A stretch of DNA of 64,000 nt. Source: Chromera velia (lineage: Eukaryota). Positions 1 through 14,030 of the stretch are shown piece by piece. A program made the position numbers and the translations under genes. Below the pieces are notes generated by a model, which worked only from the letters and a program-made list of their open reading frames with translations, did not search any database and was not told the DNA's origin. Position 1 is the first letter of the stretch. Every line of letters begins with the position of its first letter. The stretch is taken from the NCBI GenBank assembly GCA_018398765.1, contig JAHBMJ010000510.1, positions 62,001 through 126,000 of the forward strand. The letters are read 5' to 3'.

Positions 1-3
1 GGC

Positions 4-483
4 ATGCCGAGAAGATCTGAGAAGGCCGAATTCTCGAATGATTTGGCCTTCCGGGACAGAGAGCGTGTCATGGCAGGGGATGATCGCGACGATGAGGAGT
101 TTGGTGTAGATCATGAAGAAAGGATTACGGGGGGTGCCAACCGATTTCCGTACTCCCGATCTCCGTCCTTCCCCCCCCCCCTCCCCAGCCCCCCCCGAGC
201 AGATCAGAGGGACCGAAATGGAAGAATGCCCATCCGGACAGGTTCTCTGGGAAGTCAGTTGCACTCCCACAGACAGCGGGAAGGAGACAGAGCGTCCCAC
301 TGGCATGGAAACGGGGACATGATCCCGAGAGATCGTCCAGAAATGGTCAGAGAAGACAGGCCGGATTTGAATGGTTGGGGGGAGGAGGAGGAGGAGAGGC
401 GAGGGCCAAAGGAGAGCCAGAGGGGAAGGGCGGGACCAAACGGAAATCTTAGATGGGGAAGGGGGGAGGGATGGGGAGCATGA
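4..483 (+). CDS. Probable terminal exon of a low-complexity Arg/Gly/Glu-rich protein gene entering from outside the window
   Basis: Open frame from the window edge to TGA at 481-483, with protein-like low-complexity composition and no recognisable domain. Confidence 0.35.
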   Translation: MPRRSEKAEFSNDLAFRDRERVMAGDDRDDEEFGVDHEERITGGANRFPYSRSPSFPPPLPSPPRADQRDRNGRMPIRTGSLGSQLHSHRQREGDRASHWHGNGDMIPRDRPEMVREDRPDLNGWGEEEEERRGPKESQRGRAGPNGNLRWGRGEGWGA

Positions 484-2420
484 TGAAGGGCAGTGAGGTG
501 ATCTGCCGATTTATATGAAAGAATGTGGTAGTAGCATGATTTTCTGGTAGGCATGTTGTATGAGAAAACAAATAGTCAATTCCTGCCCTTCTGCAATTCC
601 AAACTGTCGGTCCCAAGTGAAGCAAGCAGCCTGACTGGAGCAAGAAGAAATAAATCATCGAGATCCTTGTATACGGACTCCCTCCCTCCCCCTCCACAAC
701 GGTGTCCAACCTCGCAACGAAGGAGCAAGAGGTGGAAAAGCAGGAGGTTCTGTGGACGATTAGCAGAAACACGATGACCTTTCAAGTTGAACGCCTTCAG
801 CCCTGTCGTATTCGCAGATTACAGAGGGGAGTGCTGTATTTCCTCTCTCGTCTCTGAAAAGCACACCGCCCAAGGAGAACCTAAAACTGTAAGATGAAAT
901 CGTCCTGACAATGACTTAAAAGAGACCTTCGACTTATCCTTTGACGTCTTTGAGAAGAAGGAGGGGGGTGTTGTATGGAGTCTTCTCACGAAGGAGCGGC
1001 ACCGGAGGCCATCCAAAGTGAGGAGGATAACCCCTTGAAGGATACCCCCCTCACCCCTCTCAGCCTGCCCCCTCCCTCCCTCCCTCCCTCCCTGTCCTCA
1101 TGTGCAGCGCGTCAGAGCCACCCTTTACCCTCTCCCTCAAGCCGCAGCCGAGCGCGTCTTCTTTTCGTTTGCTGATTGTGGAGAGAAGGTGACCCCCCCC
1201 CCCCCNCCCCCCCCCGACACACACACACAAACACGGAGAGAGAAGGGGAACCTGGAGTAACACGAAGAGAGTGGGTCTGTTCTCTCTGCCTCCCCCAACC
1301 CAGCTAGTGGACAGTCGAGTCGGCCAGAGACAGAGAGAGCAAGCTGATGACGAGGAAGAGAAGGAAGGACAGAGAGATCATCGCTCTCGTCTCCGCAGTC
1401 CCCACCTTCCTTCGGTCCGACTCCCTCCGTCCCCCTCCCTCCCTCCCTCCCTTCCTGCGATTCCTTCCTTTCGTCGGAATGCAGAGGGGATTCGGGAGGA
1501 GAGGTCTGAAGGGCCCGTCATTCTTTCGGGTCTGAGGATCTGCTGGGGGGTCCCTGGAAGGACCCCTTCAATTTAGGGAGACGGAGGGGGGGGCTCTTTG
1601 CGGCTATCAGGTTGGTATTTGGAATGTGTTTTTGGATTGCAGTGGGGCTTCTTCTTCTTCTCTGTTGACTCTTGGCTGCTGCGGGTTTTTCCGTTTGTTG
1701 GGGAAATCCAAATCACAGCGATTCATTTGTCTTTCGTGTCAGTGTCCTTTTTCTCGTCCACCAATTTGTCTTGTACTTTGTGGCTGAACGTGTGTGGGCC
1801 TTCTGCAGCCCCAAATTTTTTGATTCATGGCGTATGTTGCTGTTTGTGGCTGCAAATCGATGCACCTGTTGACACCGCGAGACCTTACTGTGTGCATCTT
1901 ATCTCCCTTGCCCGATCTACATTTGTGCTAATTCCTGTCTTTCTCTATCGTGTTTGCTTGCTGTCTTATTCGTGCATCTTTGCATAGCGCGGAAGAGAGA
2001 CCTGCCTCCCGTGCCTTAGCCCCATGTTTCCTTTGATGCATTTCCTGAGTACGTGCGTTTTCATCTTGTGCTTCTTCCTCTTGCTTGCACTCAGTGGTCA
2101 TACGTCTAATTGCTCCCCTCCCTGTGGGCGGGGGGGCGAATAAGGTACGTGGAGGGGAAGGGGGGGAAGAAGAAGCACCGAAGAACGCAGGACTAGCTTT
2201 GTCTTGAAGTGCCCGTCCATGAAAGCTGTTGCTTTTGCCTGCACCTGACCCTGGTTGCCAGGAAGCTTTCAAACGCACCATCTTGCAGACTTCGAAGCTA
2301 TCAGTGTCTTTTTTGTTATTGCTCCTCTCGCTCTCGACCTCTCCATTGAGTCAGTCAGTCTATCCAATTCACACGGATCCTCCATCCACATCGATCTGTC
2401 ACCTGCCTGCCTGCCTGCAG

Positions 2421-2555
2421 GGCCCTGAAGGCCCTGAGGGAGGCCAAAGACCCCTCTGCCCACCGACCCCAACTACCCCCACCCACCGTCCGAGCACCCC
2501 GTCGAGGAACGGCATCGCGGTTGCCCTGGACCTTGCTGTGTGAGAGAGACAGACA

Positions 2556-2605
<50 letters not shown>

Positions 2606-4794
2606 AACCAGGAGTCTGGTGGGGCGTTTGGGGTCTCTTCGGGTCTCTGTGCGTGTCTGCTGCTTTGCGTCCTCCCCTCTCCGTGCTCGCGGCGTCCCTG
2701 TTTTTTTGCTCTGGGCTCTTCTGTCCTTCTGGCGACTTTGTCTGTCTTTGTGCCCGGACCTTGTGGCCAGTCCTTCGCCTCTTTCTTTCTGGCTTTGTCG
2801 GGCGTGTCGGCTGGATATGCCTCCCTCGCCCCCCCACAGCAGCAGCAGCAGCAGCAGCCTGACCTCCCTCACGCGCAGCAGAAGAACCCGACCCCCCCCA
2901 CACACACACCAGCAGGAGCAACAGCGGCAGCAGAGAGCTCCTCTTCTCCTCCCCGGACAGCAGCAACCATGTGTTGCAACCCCTGCATCCCTCAGCCCCC
3001 ATGTCGAGACGTACACAGAGAGGGGGGAGCCTCTTCGGGCCTCCTCCCAGCAGAGACGGTCGGACGCTTTGCCTCTGGAGTCCTCTGGTCTGTCTGGCCG
3101 CACAGAGGTCAGCTGATGTCAAGCCTGCACCTTCAGAGACTTGCGCAGTCGAAGAGTCAAATCCTCTTGTGGCTGCTTAGAAGTGTGTCCCATAAATGAT
3201 TCAAAAGTCACCTACAGACATCTTCCTTCCTGCACTCTAACCAACCGACCTTGATTGATTGTCCGGGCTCTCTTGGACAGGCAGGCTGTTTCTGCTCAGA
3301 GAAAGAAAGAAAGAGGAAGGATGCCTGCCTACTCAGTGCCTCTGTATGTGTTGACTGAACAAATGTCATCTTTGCATCCTCTCTGCACATCGTGCCTGCA
3401 GGCAGAGGGAGAGAAGAAGACAGACAACGCATACGGTGACGGATGGAGAGCTGAGAGACGGGGCAGACCGAGGCGGAGGAAGAAACCGCTCTCTCCCTCC
3501 CACACAAACCGCACCATGCAGACAGACCCCCCCGCCTCCCCACCCAGCAGCCGTGTGTCCCCAAACCCAAGCCCAGCAGGTGTGTGTTGCTGCACCCGAC
3601 CGCTCCCGTCGTCGCTCGCGCTCTCCCCCCCGGCGTCGCTCGCGCTCCCGATCTCCCGAACCCTCCTCATCCGCTCCTCCTCTCCAGATGCCCAAGTTTG
3701 AAGAAATCGGCATGCAGTTTCCTCCAGAGCAGGTGGACAAATTTCTTAAGTTTTGGGCGAAGTGGGCTGAGGATGAGGAATGGAAGAAGGTGAGAAGGGC
3801 AGCAAGGGAGAGGGAAAGAATTCAAGAGAGAGGGGAGAACGTCAAGTAACAGCAGTCCTGAAAGAAGGGGGCGGTACCGGGAGGAGTATCATCGTGGTTC
3901 CTATAAGGGAGGAATCGGAAAGACGGTCCGAGGGGGGGTAGGGATGTGTATCGGGGAGAGGAGGTGCCTTTTGGAGGTCGTCCTTCTCCCTCTCGATTTC
4001 TTCAGGGGTCCCCTGAGCAGGTACAGGGATGGGGGGGGGGAGCGGGGTGGCCCGACCATCCTCCCCCTCAGTCCACACATGTGCCAGAAGAGTATCTGCG
4101 TGCAGGTCCTCCCATGCACATGCACAGACCCCCGCCTGAGTCTGCCGATCGATGTTTCGATTCCAGAGGACCCCCTCCTCCCCCCCCTCCTGGGATTTCC
4201 CCTGTGAGAGAAGACGAGCTTGGTAGAAGGCTCCCTCCCCCCCTGGATCTGTCTCAGCATGCAGTCTCCTGCAGGAGGGAACGTCCTCCTCCAACAGAGG
4301 CAGTCACGGTAGCAACAGGGGATTTGGAAACAACTTCATTCCAGGAAACCTCCAAGCAACCCCCTCCCACTTACAAGAGAGGGGGCCTCCAATGAGCGGC
4401 TCCGTCTCAGGCCCCCCACCCCCCACTCGGCCCTCTGAGTATGGGCCTCCATTTTCCCCCCCGCCTGGAAGACTCTGACTGTCCGAATTGCCACGGCAAG
4501 ATGGTGATGAAATGAGAGCAGGTACGTGTGTGGGTGTGTCTCTGTATCAATCTCTCTTTCTGTCCCTGCCTCCTTCCCTCTCTTTCTCTCTCCAGTGGCA
4601 AGCAATCGAGTTTAGTGCGGTTGGCGTCACGTCCGTTTCATTTTTCTTGTAGGTTTGTTCTTTTGTTCGCGTGAGTCCTATTTTTACCCCTGCAGGAAGA
4701 GGAGGGATGCGTAGGGAGGAATTTGTGTATGGATGTTTTCTCTTTGCCTGAATTGTACTCTCTCTCTCCCTCTCTCTCTCTGTGTGTGAGTCAC

Positions 4795-4825
<31 letters not shown>

Positions 4826-7800
4826 GAATGCCAACCTAGGGCGTGTCGATTCTGCCAACAAGCACTGGTCCTCCGATGCGAACAGGTGCGTCCTCTTTTT
4901 GTCTCAATTCTCTTTTGGTTTGGCCTTCGTTGGTTGAATAATATTCCTGTTGGTACGATGCGATGATGGCGTGACATTGGGTGGTCCTTCCTTCCTTTTG
5001 TCGGATCGAGGCTTCTCTTCTGTCTCTTTAGATTTGGTGCGATCGATCGGGTCAAGTGGGTCGGTGTTCTTTTCTCTTCTCTTCTCTTCTGTGCATCCTC
5101 TCAATCGAGGGTTGTCACCATGAAACTTTGAAACCCGTGGCACTAGATGCTTTTCATCTCTGCGGTGTGGCCTGCCCGTTTTATGCAAGTGAATGTTTCT
5201 CCTGTGCACTGTCTCTCCCTTTGCTTGATGGGTGCACAGCACGAGAGTGAAACAAAGAGGAACGGGGTACTCCCCAAATAAGAATGCATGCACAGACGCG
5301 TGGCTTCAAGGAAAGAAGCCCCTTCACATGCACATGCATCTGTTTTTCTCCCTCTCGATCTGTCCTTTCCTCTCGATCTGTGCAGGATTGTCGCGCATCT
5401 AAGGCCGCCATCAGCGAGCCGGTGAACATCAAGTTCCTCGGCGACCTCACGGTGTACATGGGGCACACTCCATTTGAACTCTCCAAACGCACCATCACGA
5501 AGAGAAGCGACGCCTTGAGGAGGCCCACTGGGATCTCCGTTGCTTTGGGGGAGAGTGTTTCGACCATGAACCTATCTCCATTGCCGAGATCTTGCTCCGC
5601 GAAGCAGTCGCAGTAGGCAGTCAGCCCCAATGGTCGAAGCCATCGGCAAGGCCATCACCAGCGACAGGAGAACAGAAACGTTCGGCCAATGGGTCTGAGG
5701 CCATGTGTTTGGGCGATGTCGATTGTCTGGAGGTCATGTGGGAGGACGGGTGGATCAACAAACCCCGTGTGATTTTCGAGTTGCGATGTCGTGCTATCGC
5801 CCCCCGCATGATCGCCTGGCTTGAGAGACGCCTTGACGATCTAGATCCCGTCTCCCCCCCACCCCATTCATCTCGTCGGACTCCCTCTTCTTTCCTGTCG
5901 AGATCGACAGAGAGCTCCTCTTCCCCTCCGACGACGCCCCAGTTTCTGTCTGCCCGTCTGTTTCTCTCCCTGCACAGGGGGGGTGGCGGTGTGTGGGTGA
6001 GTGAGGGAGTGAGAAAGCGTCGGACTGTCAGCCGTCGTCTTCTCAAAGAGCTTCCTTCTGGCTGCTTCGAGTCGTCTCATGGGTCCGCAGACGCAGGGGG
6101 AAGAAGGAGAAAGAGAAGGAACAGAAGCTCCAGGATGCAGCAATTCGGAAGCAGGTTGGTCTGTCTGCATGCATACGGAAAAAATGTCCGCGCGGCCATG
6201 GTTGCGACCCGTTTGGTAGCTTTGCGTCTACCGGCTCTATTCGCCCCCCCTCCCCTCCTCTTCCATGTTTCTTCTTGTGCTCTTCTCAGCACTTGTCCAT
6301 GTGGTATGCCTATTTGTCAGCTTCCCTTCACTGCGTCATCCTTTCTTTCCATCCTTCCATCCGAAACTTATTTTTTTGTTCTTTTATCTCTGTGTTTTTT
6401 CTTTTATTGCATGGGCGATGAATGAATCCTTCCACCCTGTATGCAAATCCCTGCAGAGTGCTTCTCATGGAGGGTTGATCGACATTCTAGTCACGCCTCA
6501 ACAGACACGGCGGGCAGAGCAGTCCCGTGCTCTGCTAGTGCGCCTGCATGCGTCTCGAGGGATGCATAGTGCACAAGGACCGCGTAGGACTCCCTGACTA
6601 CCCGATTCTGTCTCTGGAGCCCGTGGTGGAAGACAGAGAACGCACAGAGCTGCGGATCTCTGAAGTCCAGAGAGAGACTCCCGTGGCGGCGTCTCTCCCT
6701 GCATGCAATTGCCGAAGGAGACCAGAAGAACCCTGCGATCGGGGACCCTTCACAGAGCAGTTCCTCATGTGCAATCGGGAGAGGTAACTCTGGAGGGGAG
6801 AATGGGGTTGGGCAATTGGCGGGGAAAGAGAATAAAGCGGAGAATGAGGACTACGAGGTCGGACTCTGTCGTTCCTTTGGTCTGTTGGATGTTTTTGGAT
6901 CTGGAGACAGAAGTAAGCAGAAGAAGCACAAAGGAGACGGCAAGTTCATCTGCAGCGGTTCAAGATTCCATTGAAGGCAGAAATCTTGGATGAGGCCCGG
7001 TCAGTTTGAGGGGGGGTCTTTTGTGAGTTGTCTCTCTTTCTCTTTTTCGTTGGTCGGGATGCTTTTGACGAGATGGGATGTGAGGTTTCTACCTTTTGTC
7101 ACTCTCTGTGTCTATTTGCCGTCTCCTTTGTGTTCGGCGTGGATGCTTGTATGTATGTTCCTGCCAATGCTCTTTTGAGTGCGTGAATGGAGAGAGAAGA
7201 AGGAGACCTCAACTCAGGGCGCACCGGTCATCCTCCCTGCATTTTCCCTCTGTGTACCTGCTTCCTTCCTTCTCCTTCCTTCCTCCTCTCATCTGCTGCA
7301 GCTATGAACGGGAGACTGCGAAGGACACACAGGTGGAGGCCGACCTCGCCTCCACCATCACTCAGGTAGCTCAGCGAGGCCGCAACATCCATCGTCTATA
7401 CTCTCTTCTGGGAGTTTCACGAGACTACCAAGTCACGTCGGAAAGCGAGAGAGAGACGGGAAGGGAAGGGGAGGGGAAAGGGAGAGAGGCGCGGGGTGAG
7501 AAAGGACATTGATGGACCCGAGATGCTCATTCCCATCAGCTCCGACGATGACGAGGATGACGATGACCAAGACGACGGGTCGTCTCTCCAGTCTGCCGAT
7601 CCGGTTAGGATCCGCCCTGACATTCTCGAAGAAGCCTTCCGTCGCTACGAGACTGAGATGGCAGAGCGGCGGGCCCAAGCGCGCAGCAGCAGCAACAGCA
7701 GCAGTGGCCGGGTACGAAGGCCCCTGTGACTTTGATCCCCTCCCCACGGCCCCCTGTGGATCCCTCGACCGCCTCCCAACCTCCTCCGTAGGAGCCTCTT

Positions 7801-10800
7801 CTCACGCCGCCTCTGGCAGTGATCCCCTCGACACCCTTATTCACCGCCTCTTCCCTGCTACCCATCGATCTGTCACAGCTCCCCTCCCCAACATTCCAGA
7901 AGGACCCCTCCAGCCTGACTCGACACGACCCGACATCAAACAACAGCAGCAGCAGCAGCAGCAGCAAGCGAGGAGGCCTGGTGATCCGGAAGTGATGGAC
8001 CTCTCATCCGATCAGGAGGAAGGGGGCGAAGGAGACGGAGACGCGACGATGAATCGTCTGCCTCGATCGAAACTCGATGAAGAGCGAGGCAGCTGGGTGA
8101 AGCAGGAGGAGCCCCGAGCTCCTCCCAGAAGGTCTCGAGCCGATTCTGAATCGAGACGACCTTTCCCCTGTCGAGCAACGAGGGGACCGATCGAGAAGAG
8201 AGACTGGCGAGACGGGACGAAGATCCCCGTCTCCGTCGGTCAATGTCTCGATTGATTCTCTGAAGGGGGACGCGAGAATTTTGATGTCAAGATTCGGCTC
8301 GACCAATTCGCTCTCTGCCTGCAGACAGAGAAAGAGAAACGCACACATACATGCAGGGAGGGGACGAGAGAGATTGGTGTGAGGACACGCTCATCCATCA
8401 TCTGCAAGTCGGTCGCGTTGTTTGCCTGCCTCACTGAATCCATGCTCGGGAGACAAGTGTTGGGTTTTCATGCTCCTTTCTTTTTCTCGATGGGGACATA
8501 GGGAAAAGAAAGAAAACGCGCGGAAAGCAGATAGGAGATGACAAGAAATCTTTTGCTCTCTTTGATTTTGTGCTGCTGCTACTGTTGCTGCTGTGTGCGT
8601 GCGTGCGTGATCGTGCCGAGTGGGAAGATGTCGGATGGATGGTGCGAGATGGAAGAAAACTGAAATGTTCGCGTCCACATGTACCCACCCATACAATGAA
8701 AAGAGAAGATCTAAGGTAGACCGACTGTCGCTTGGCGCTCTTTCACGCATACAGACAAGCGCTGCTTCACCTGCTTTCTCCCGTTCATTTCCCTGCTGGC
8801 TGCAGGTGCCGCAACGAGGAGTGGGGGGGGGGAAACGGTGGCGCTCCGTGGCTGCCAAAGTCAAGCCGGAGAGTCTAGGCACTTCCTGAGATCTCTGCGT
8901 GGGTCTGCGGCTTCCTCTGGAGAGCAACCACAAGAACACACTGGTGACCGAAGCGAGGATCGTCTCCTTGCAAGGGCTGCAAGCATAAGTTCTCCATGCA
9001 AGATCTTCGGACAGCAGTGCAGAACGTGCGGAGGGAACGGTATTATTCTGCATTGCGAGATCAGGGACATGCAGGGAGTGAGAGAGTGAGTGAGTGAGAG
9101 AATGAGGGAGTGAGTGAGTCAGTGTGTGAATGAGTGGGGGAGTGAGCCTTTCTTTTTATTGGTTGGCTGGATCGAAAACAGACTTCAAGGAGCGCATTTT
9201 TTGCCTGTGAATTGGGTCTTCACTTTGTCTTGCCTCTCGAATGCAGCGTTGGCCTCTCTTCTGTCCCGAGCGATGATTGGTTCTGCCCTGAGTGTCGCCT
9301 CGCCAAGCATGTCAGTGGGATTTTCCGGCCAGCTGCAATGCAACCAATCCGGCCTTTCAAAGTTCACAGACAAACGTTTTTGATGGTTCTCCTCTCCTTT
9401 TTTCGTTTGCTCGTTTCGGTCCTTTTCCCCCGCGTTCCCTTTGTTGTTTCTTTTATCCCGCTTTCTCGCTTCTTTCCTCCGTTTCCTCCGTTCCGTGCAG
9501 CAGGAAAGCTCTCTCAAGGAGATCAAAGCCAAAATCACCTCGAGGAAAGGAAAGAAGACGACTGCAGCCGATCGAGAGAACCCTCCTTCCTCTTTCTCCG
9601 AGGAATCCCCCCCAAAGCGGCTGGACAGGCTCGGAGCAGCACCTCTCCCCTCGTCTGCACAGCAAAAAGTACACTCTCCCTGTCCACGAGAAACAGGCAT
9701 CATGCTGACACCCGCTCTTCCCTTCACGTCGATGCCAAGGGCAGCCCCAACTCAGCAGCATGTGGAGGAGCCGATGAGCCGCATGCCAGACATTCGGCCC
9801 CCAAAAAGGCTCGGATCCGAATGGCTCCTTTCGAGAGAATTTTCCCAAATTAACAGCAGAACACCCATGCTGCCCGCGCGCCTTCCGCCCTCCGTCGGTC
9901 CAGCCTCGCCTGCATCGACCCTCAATCAATTTCACACGAGCAAGGGCAAACATAAGCGATCGAAAGGTGGAGATGTCCATTTTTTGGTTGAACCCCAGGC
10001 GTGCAAGATTGTGAAGAAAGAGTAAACGACGACGCCCGCAGCAGAGCCGCCGAAAACGAAGCCCGCCGTTTGCTTCATCTGCCACAAGAAAGGTCCTCAG
10101 ATCCAACCGCTGCCGAGTGAGTGGTTGTGTGAGTGTGGCTGGGTGAGTGAGTGATTGTGGGAGAGTGTACGTGAGTGATTGTATGAGTGAGTGAGTGAGT
10201 GAGTGAGTGAGTGAGTGAGCGAGCGCGTGAATGATTGTGTGTGTGAGTGAGTGAGTGATTGTACGAGTGACTGTGTGAGTGAGTGAGTGAGTGAGTGAGT
10301 GTGTGAGTGAGTGAGTGAGTGAGTGAGTGATTGTGTAAGTGAGTGAGTGAGTGGTTGTGTAAGTAAGTGAGTGAGTGAGTGAGTGAGTGAGTGAGTGGTT
10401 GTGTGCATGAGTGAGTGGCTGTGTGAGTGAGCGAGTTCGTGACTGTGTGAGTGAGTGAGTGAGTGTGTGAGTGTGTGAGTGAGTGATTCAATTCATCCTC
10501 CCTCCCGCCCTCCCTCCCTCCCTCCTTCCTCTTTGCTCTGCAGGTGTTGCAACATGATCAAAGAGGGTGAGGAGGACGAGAAGATTGCCTCCAAGCACCG
10601 AAAGGCCCGCTATGTCGTCAACGGCATCCGGTACACCTGGGTTGAGTTCGGCAACTGCCGTCAAGTCCCGAAGAAGAACGGAGACACTGACATGGACGCC
10701 CTCTGGGCGATGCGACAAGAGGAGTTGGACGATCCCAAGGCCGAGATCTACGAGGTGCTTTGCATTGCCATGAAGGAGAACATCGACGGCCGCGCCTTCT

Positions 10801-12092
10801 CCCACCACCAGAAGCCGCCCTTCCTTGACCTCAAGACCGGTGAGGTCACGAGGATGTTCGGGGAAGGGCAGGTCGGTGAGGGCATTGCGGACGGCCTGAA
10901 GGACATGAAGGTTGTTGACGCAGACGCCTTCGACAAACAAGGTCTGGTTGACAAGACCGACATCGTCTCTGCCATCTCGTCCATCCGTTCAGGCACCAGA
11001 ATTCACGGCCCCCCGACTGCCTCTGACGAGGGGGAGATGATCGATCCCTCGCACAGGAGGACGTCCCCGCCCCCGAGAAATTCTACTGTGCCAAGATCAC
11101 CGTCACCAAACAGGACAACGCGTCCAAGGCAAAGTCGTTCTCCGGTACCACTCACCCCTCCGACACCGTTGACAAGACAGAGCACGGAGATGCAAAAGCA
11201 ACAGGTAGACACAGCAACAAAACAAAAAGACGTACGCACACTCACACACACACGCACGCTCGCGCGCTGAGACAGAGAGAGAGAGAGAGAGAGTTAGGGC
11301 CGGGAAGAAAAGAGGAAAGAACGAGCGAGAAAGGGCCGGGGAGAAAAGAGGAAAGGACGATCGAGACAGGGCTGGGGAGAAAAGAGGAAATTTCGACAGG
11401 GGGCGGAAGAGCGCAAGTGGAAGCGACGACTGAGTGTTGCTAGATGCACTGAGAATTGATGCGGAAGGTGCTCCCAGGAAATGGGAAGGACGATGGGGGG
11501 GGGGAGAAGAACAAGATGATTGCATGAATTCTCATGCAGGTATTTGATCTGCTTTGTTTTGTCTCCATTCTTCTCTCCCTTCGTTCTCATGTCTCTGTTT
11601 GCATGTGAATGCATGAACGAACGCAGGAATGTTGCAGCGGGAATCTGCATTTTGGTGACCCCATCAGCGGGTAGGTGAATGGTCTTCTCCGGCAGTCCCT
11701 CTCTCTTCCTTTGTTTTTTTCTTGCGCGCGATCGTGTGTTTGAGTTTGTGTGTGTGCTGCTTTCACGTTTTTATGTGTGCATATGTCAACCCGAGTATCT
11801 TACCGCCCCCCCTCTCCACCTACAAGGTGCGCAATTGATCGATCTGGTTCCCCCTGTCCCTGCAGGTACGATATGGCGACGGAGATGGTCATTCAACAGA
11901 AGATCGGATCGCAGAAGTGCGAGAGAGGGGTCACCGCCAGAGTGAGGTGGAAGGGTCAGTCAGACAGTCTGTGGGTGTGCATACACTAGATGCATACAGC
12001 TGTGTATTCTGAAGTGCGAGCGCACACATCCACTCGAATTGAAATCCTTCTCCAAAGCTTTCTTTTGTATTTGTTGGTTTACACGTCAAACA

Positions 12093-12128
<36 letters not shown>

Positions 12129-13398
12129 CAAGGGATGGATCTGTGAGCTCCATTGATCTTCTCATTTTTTGAAGTCTTCTTGGTTTTCTTGCTTGAAGAC
12201 ATTCTGCGGGTCCGGATTTGCATTTCATTCAGCGTGTGCAAGCAAGCAAGCTCAATTGAAAGAAAAGCAACCTGGCTTTCCCTGTGTTTTGCCCCCGCAG
12301 GTCATTCTTTCCCCCTCACCATCGAACGCCAGCTCTTCATGGTCCCAGCTCACAAGCAGCACCTCGTGCGCCTCTTGAAGGACTCCACCACCGACAACAA
12401 CACCCAGAACCACCGCCCCCCTCCCCCAAGGACAGAGCCCTTTGGGGCCTCCTGGTGCTACCCTCCCTTTGAGTCCTCCAGGCTCGACTCAAACAGCTCT
12501 TCCGCCAGGCTCCATGCAGACGGACGTCTCTAGTTGCCTCCAACAACTGAAGATGAACACTATGCCGGCAACGAACATCCCGGGCGTGCTCCCTGCCGAG
12601 CTAGTCCTGCTGGCCCTCAACTTGGCCCTCCACGACAACAAGCAGAAGGCCTTCTCTGTGCACACCTTCGCCGAGCAACAGCAGCTGGTGGAGCTCGACA
12701 GACTTCTACAGGTAGGTCTCGACAAAGAAGGATAGATCTCTTCTCATGTCCTTCCTCGATCATGCTTCCTTGGGTGCTGATCGTTTGCTGTTTAGATCAA
12801 GTGGTGTTTCTGTAGAGCTGCAGAGATGGGTGCAACAAAAAGTAAAGGAAGCCATTGAACGATGTCAGATAGCTGCATTGCAACAAATTGCCGCAAAAGA
12901 AAGCAAAAAGGAGTCGCTGTGGTTTCTCTTTTCTTTTCCACTCCCTTTGTTTTCTTGCTTGCCACCTGCTTTTCGCCTTCCTAGCCTTTCTCTCTTTCCT
13001 TTCACTCTCCTTTCGTCTGCTTGCTTTGATCGATCCCCACGATACCTCTTCCTCTTTCAGTTCTCCTGCCTCGATCGTGCAGTGCGAGAAGATCGAGAGG
13101 GAAGAGCGCAGACGCAGCAGCATGAGGCAGCCCGAGAGAGAAAGAAAGGTCCCCAAAGCCCACGACCCCCAATGGGAAGATGTGGACGTCCGCAGAGACA
13201 CAGACAGAGAGGGTAGATGGCGTACATGCGTCTCGATCGTTCCCCCTACCGAAGTCTCAGCCCTCGCCGAGGTTTCCGTCTCCCGTCTATGTCAGAGAGA
13301 GGGAGCGTGTGGGCTCTGACAGATACGACCATGGAGACTTGGACACGTATGAAGAGAGAGAGTGGGACAGACGGGGACAGAGGCAGGGTGTCCTCTGA
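2421..13398 (+). pseudogene. Large multi-exon chromatin-reader-like gene (Cys-rich motifs, PHD finger, CCHC zinc knuckle, chromo-like motif) with many frameshifts and stops; 5' boundary uncertain
   Basis: Exons bounded by (y)cag/gt at ~4826, 5386, 7302, 8805, 9247, 9501, 10544, 11866, 12301, 12816 and 13083. PHD C-terminal half VGLSSVPSDDWFCPEC (9248-9295). CFICHKKG..RSNRC knuckle (10071-10113) split by an indel. RVRWKG|HSFPLTIE chromo-like motif (11940-12330). Frame breaks near 5500, 7495, 7690, 8880-8995, 10023, 10097, 12440 and 13213; TAG at 6536. Confidence 0.6.
10115..10486. repeat. (GAGT)n / (GTGA)n imperfect tetranucleotide microsatellite, intronic
   Basis: Direct reading; produces the spurious THSL-repeat ORFs on the minus strand. 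Confidence 0.95.
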
Positions 13399-13964
13399 TG
13401 ATAGACAGAGGAGAGTAGAGCGAAGTGCGTCGCTTGCCCGACGACATCAGTTCAGTGGTCCAATTCACGCTGTTCTGCGACCGAACAGCAAATTCGTCCA
13501 CAACGACTGCCAGTGGCGTGATCAGCCAAAGGGGCGGGGAGGAGGGAGAAAAGGGAAGAAGCCAGGCAACGTACGCCGCAACGGTGGGGGAAGAGGGGGC
13601 GAAGAATTGTCCTCACAGGGCGCTTCGTCGACTGTATGTTTAAAAAAATGCTCTCATGTGCAAAAAAAACTTATTTTTTCATAATTACTAAATTCTTTTT
13701 ATCTTACCAACAGCTTTCAAACTTTGTAAGTATATAATTCTTTAGCATAGATGATTTGGAAAGCTAAATTAAGATTAATTAAGATATTAATACCTGGAGG
13801 ATGAGTCTTTCAGCCGAATGCAGATCGAATGTCCCGTGTAGCCTGCGGCGTAGGGCTTTCAGAGAAAACGTCTAGGGACACTAAACCAAAAAAAGTTTTT
13901 TAGTAAAAAATTGATTTTTACTAAATATTTTTTTTTTACTAACTGAGTCTTATAAGAGAGGATA

Positions 13965-14030
13965 CCCTGCAGGTAGAAACAAGGATTTTATATAGGATTT
14001 GATGCTAGGAAGCCTGGGATTTTATCATTT
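13965..14030 (+). mobile_element. Solo terminus related to the CCCTGCAGGTAG MITE at 56802-57450
   Basis: CCCTGCAGGTAG followed by GGATTTT subrepeats, as at the left end of the 56.8 kb element; no matching right end found. Confidence 0.55.

Noticed and set aside
10075..10491. THSL-repeat ORFs on the minus strand
   Set aside because: Translation of the (GAGT)n microsatellite.
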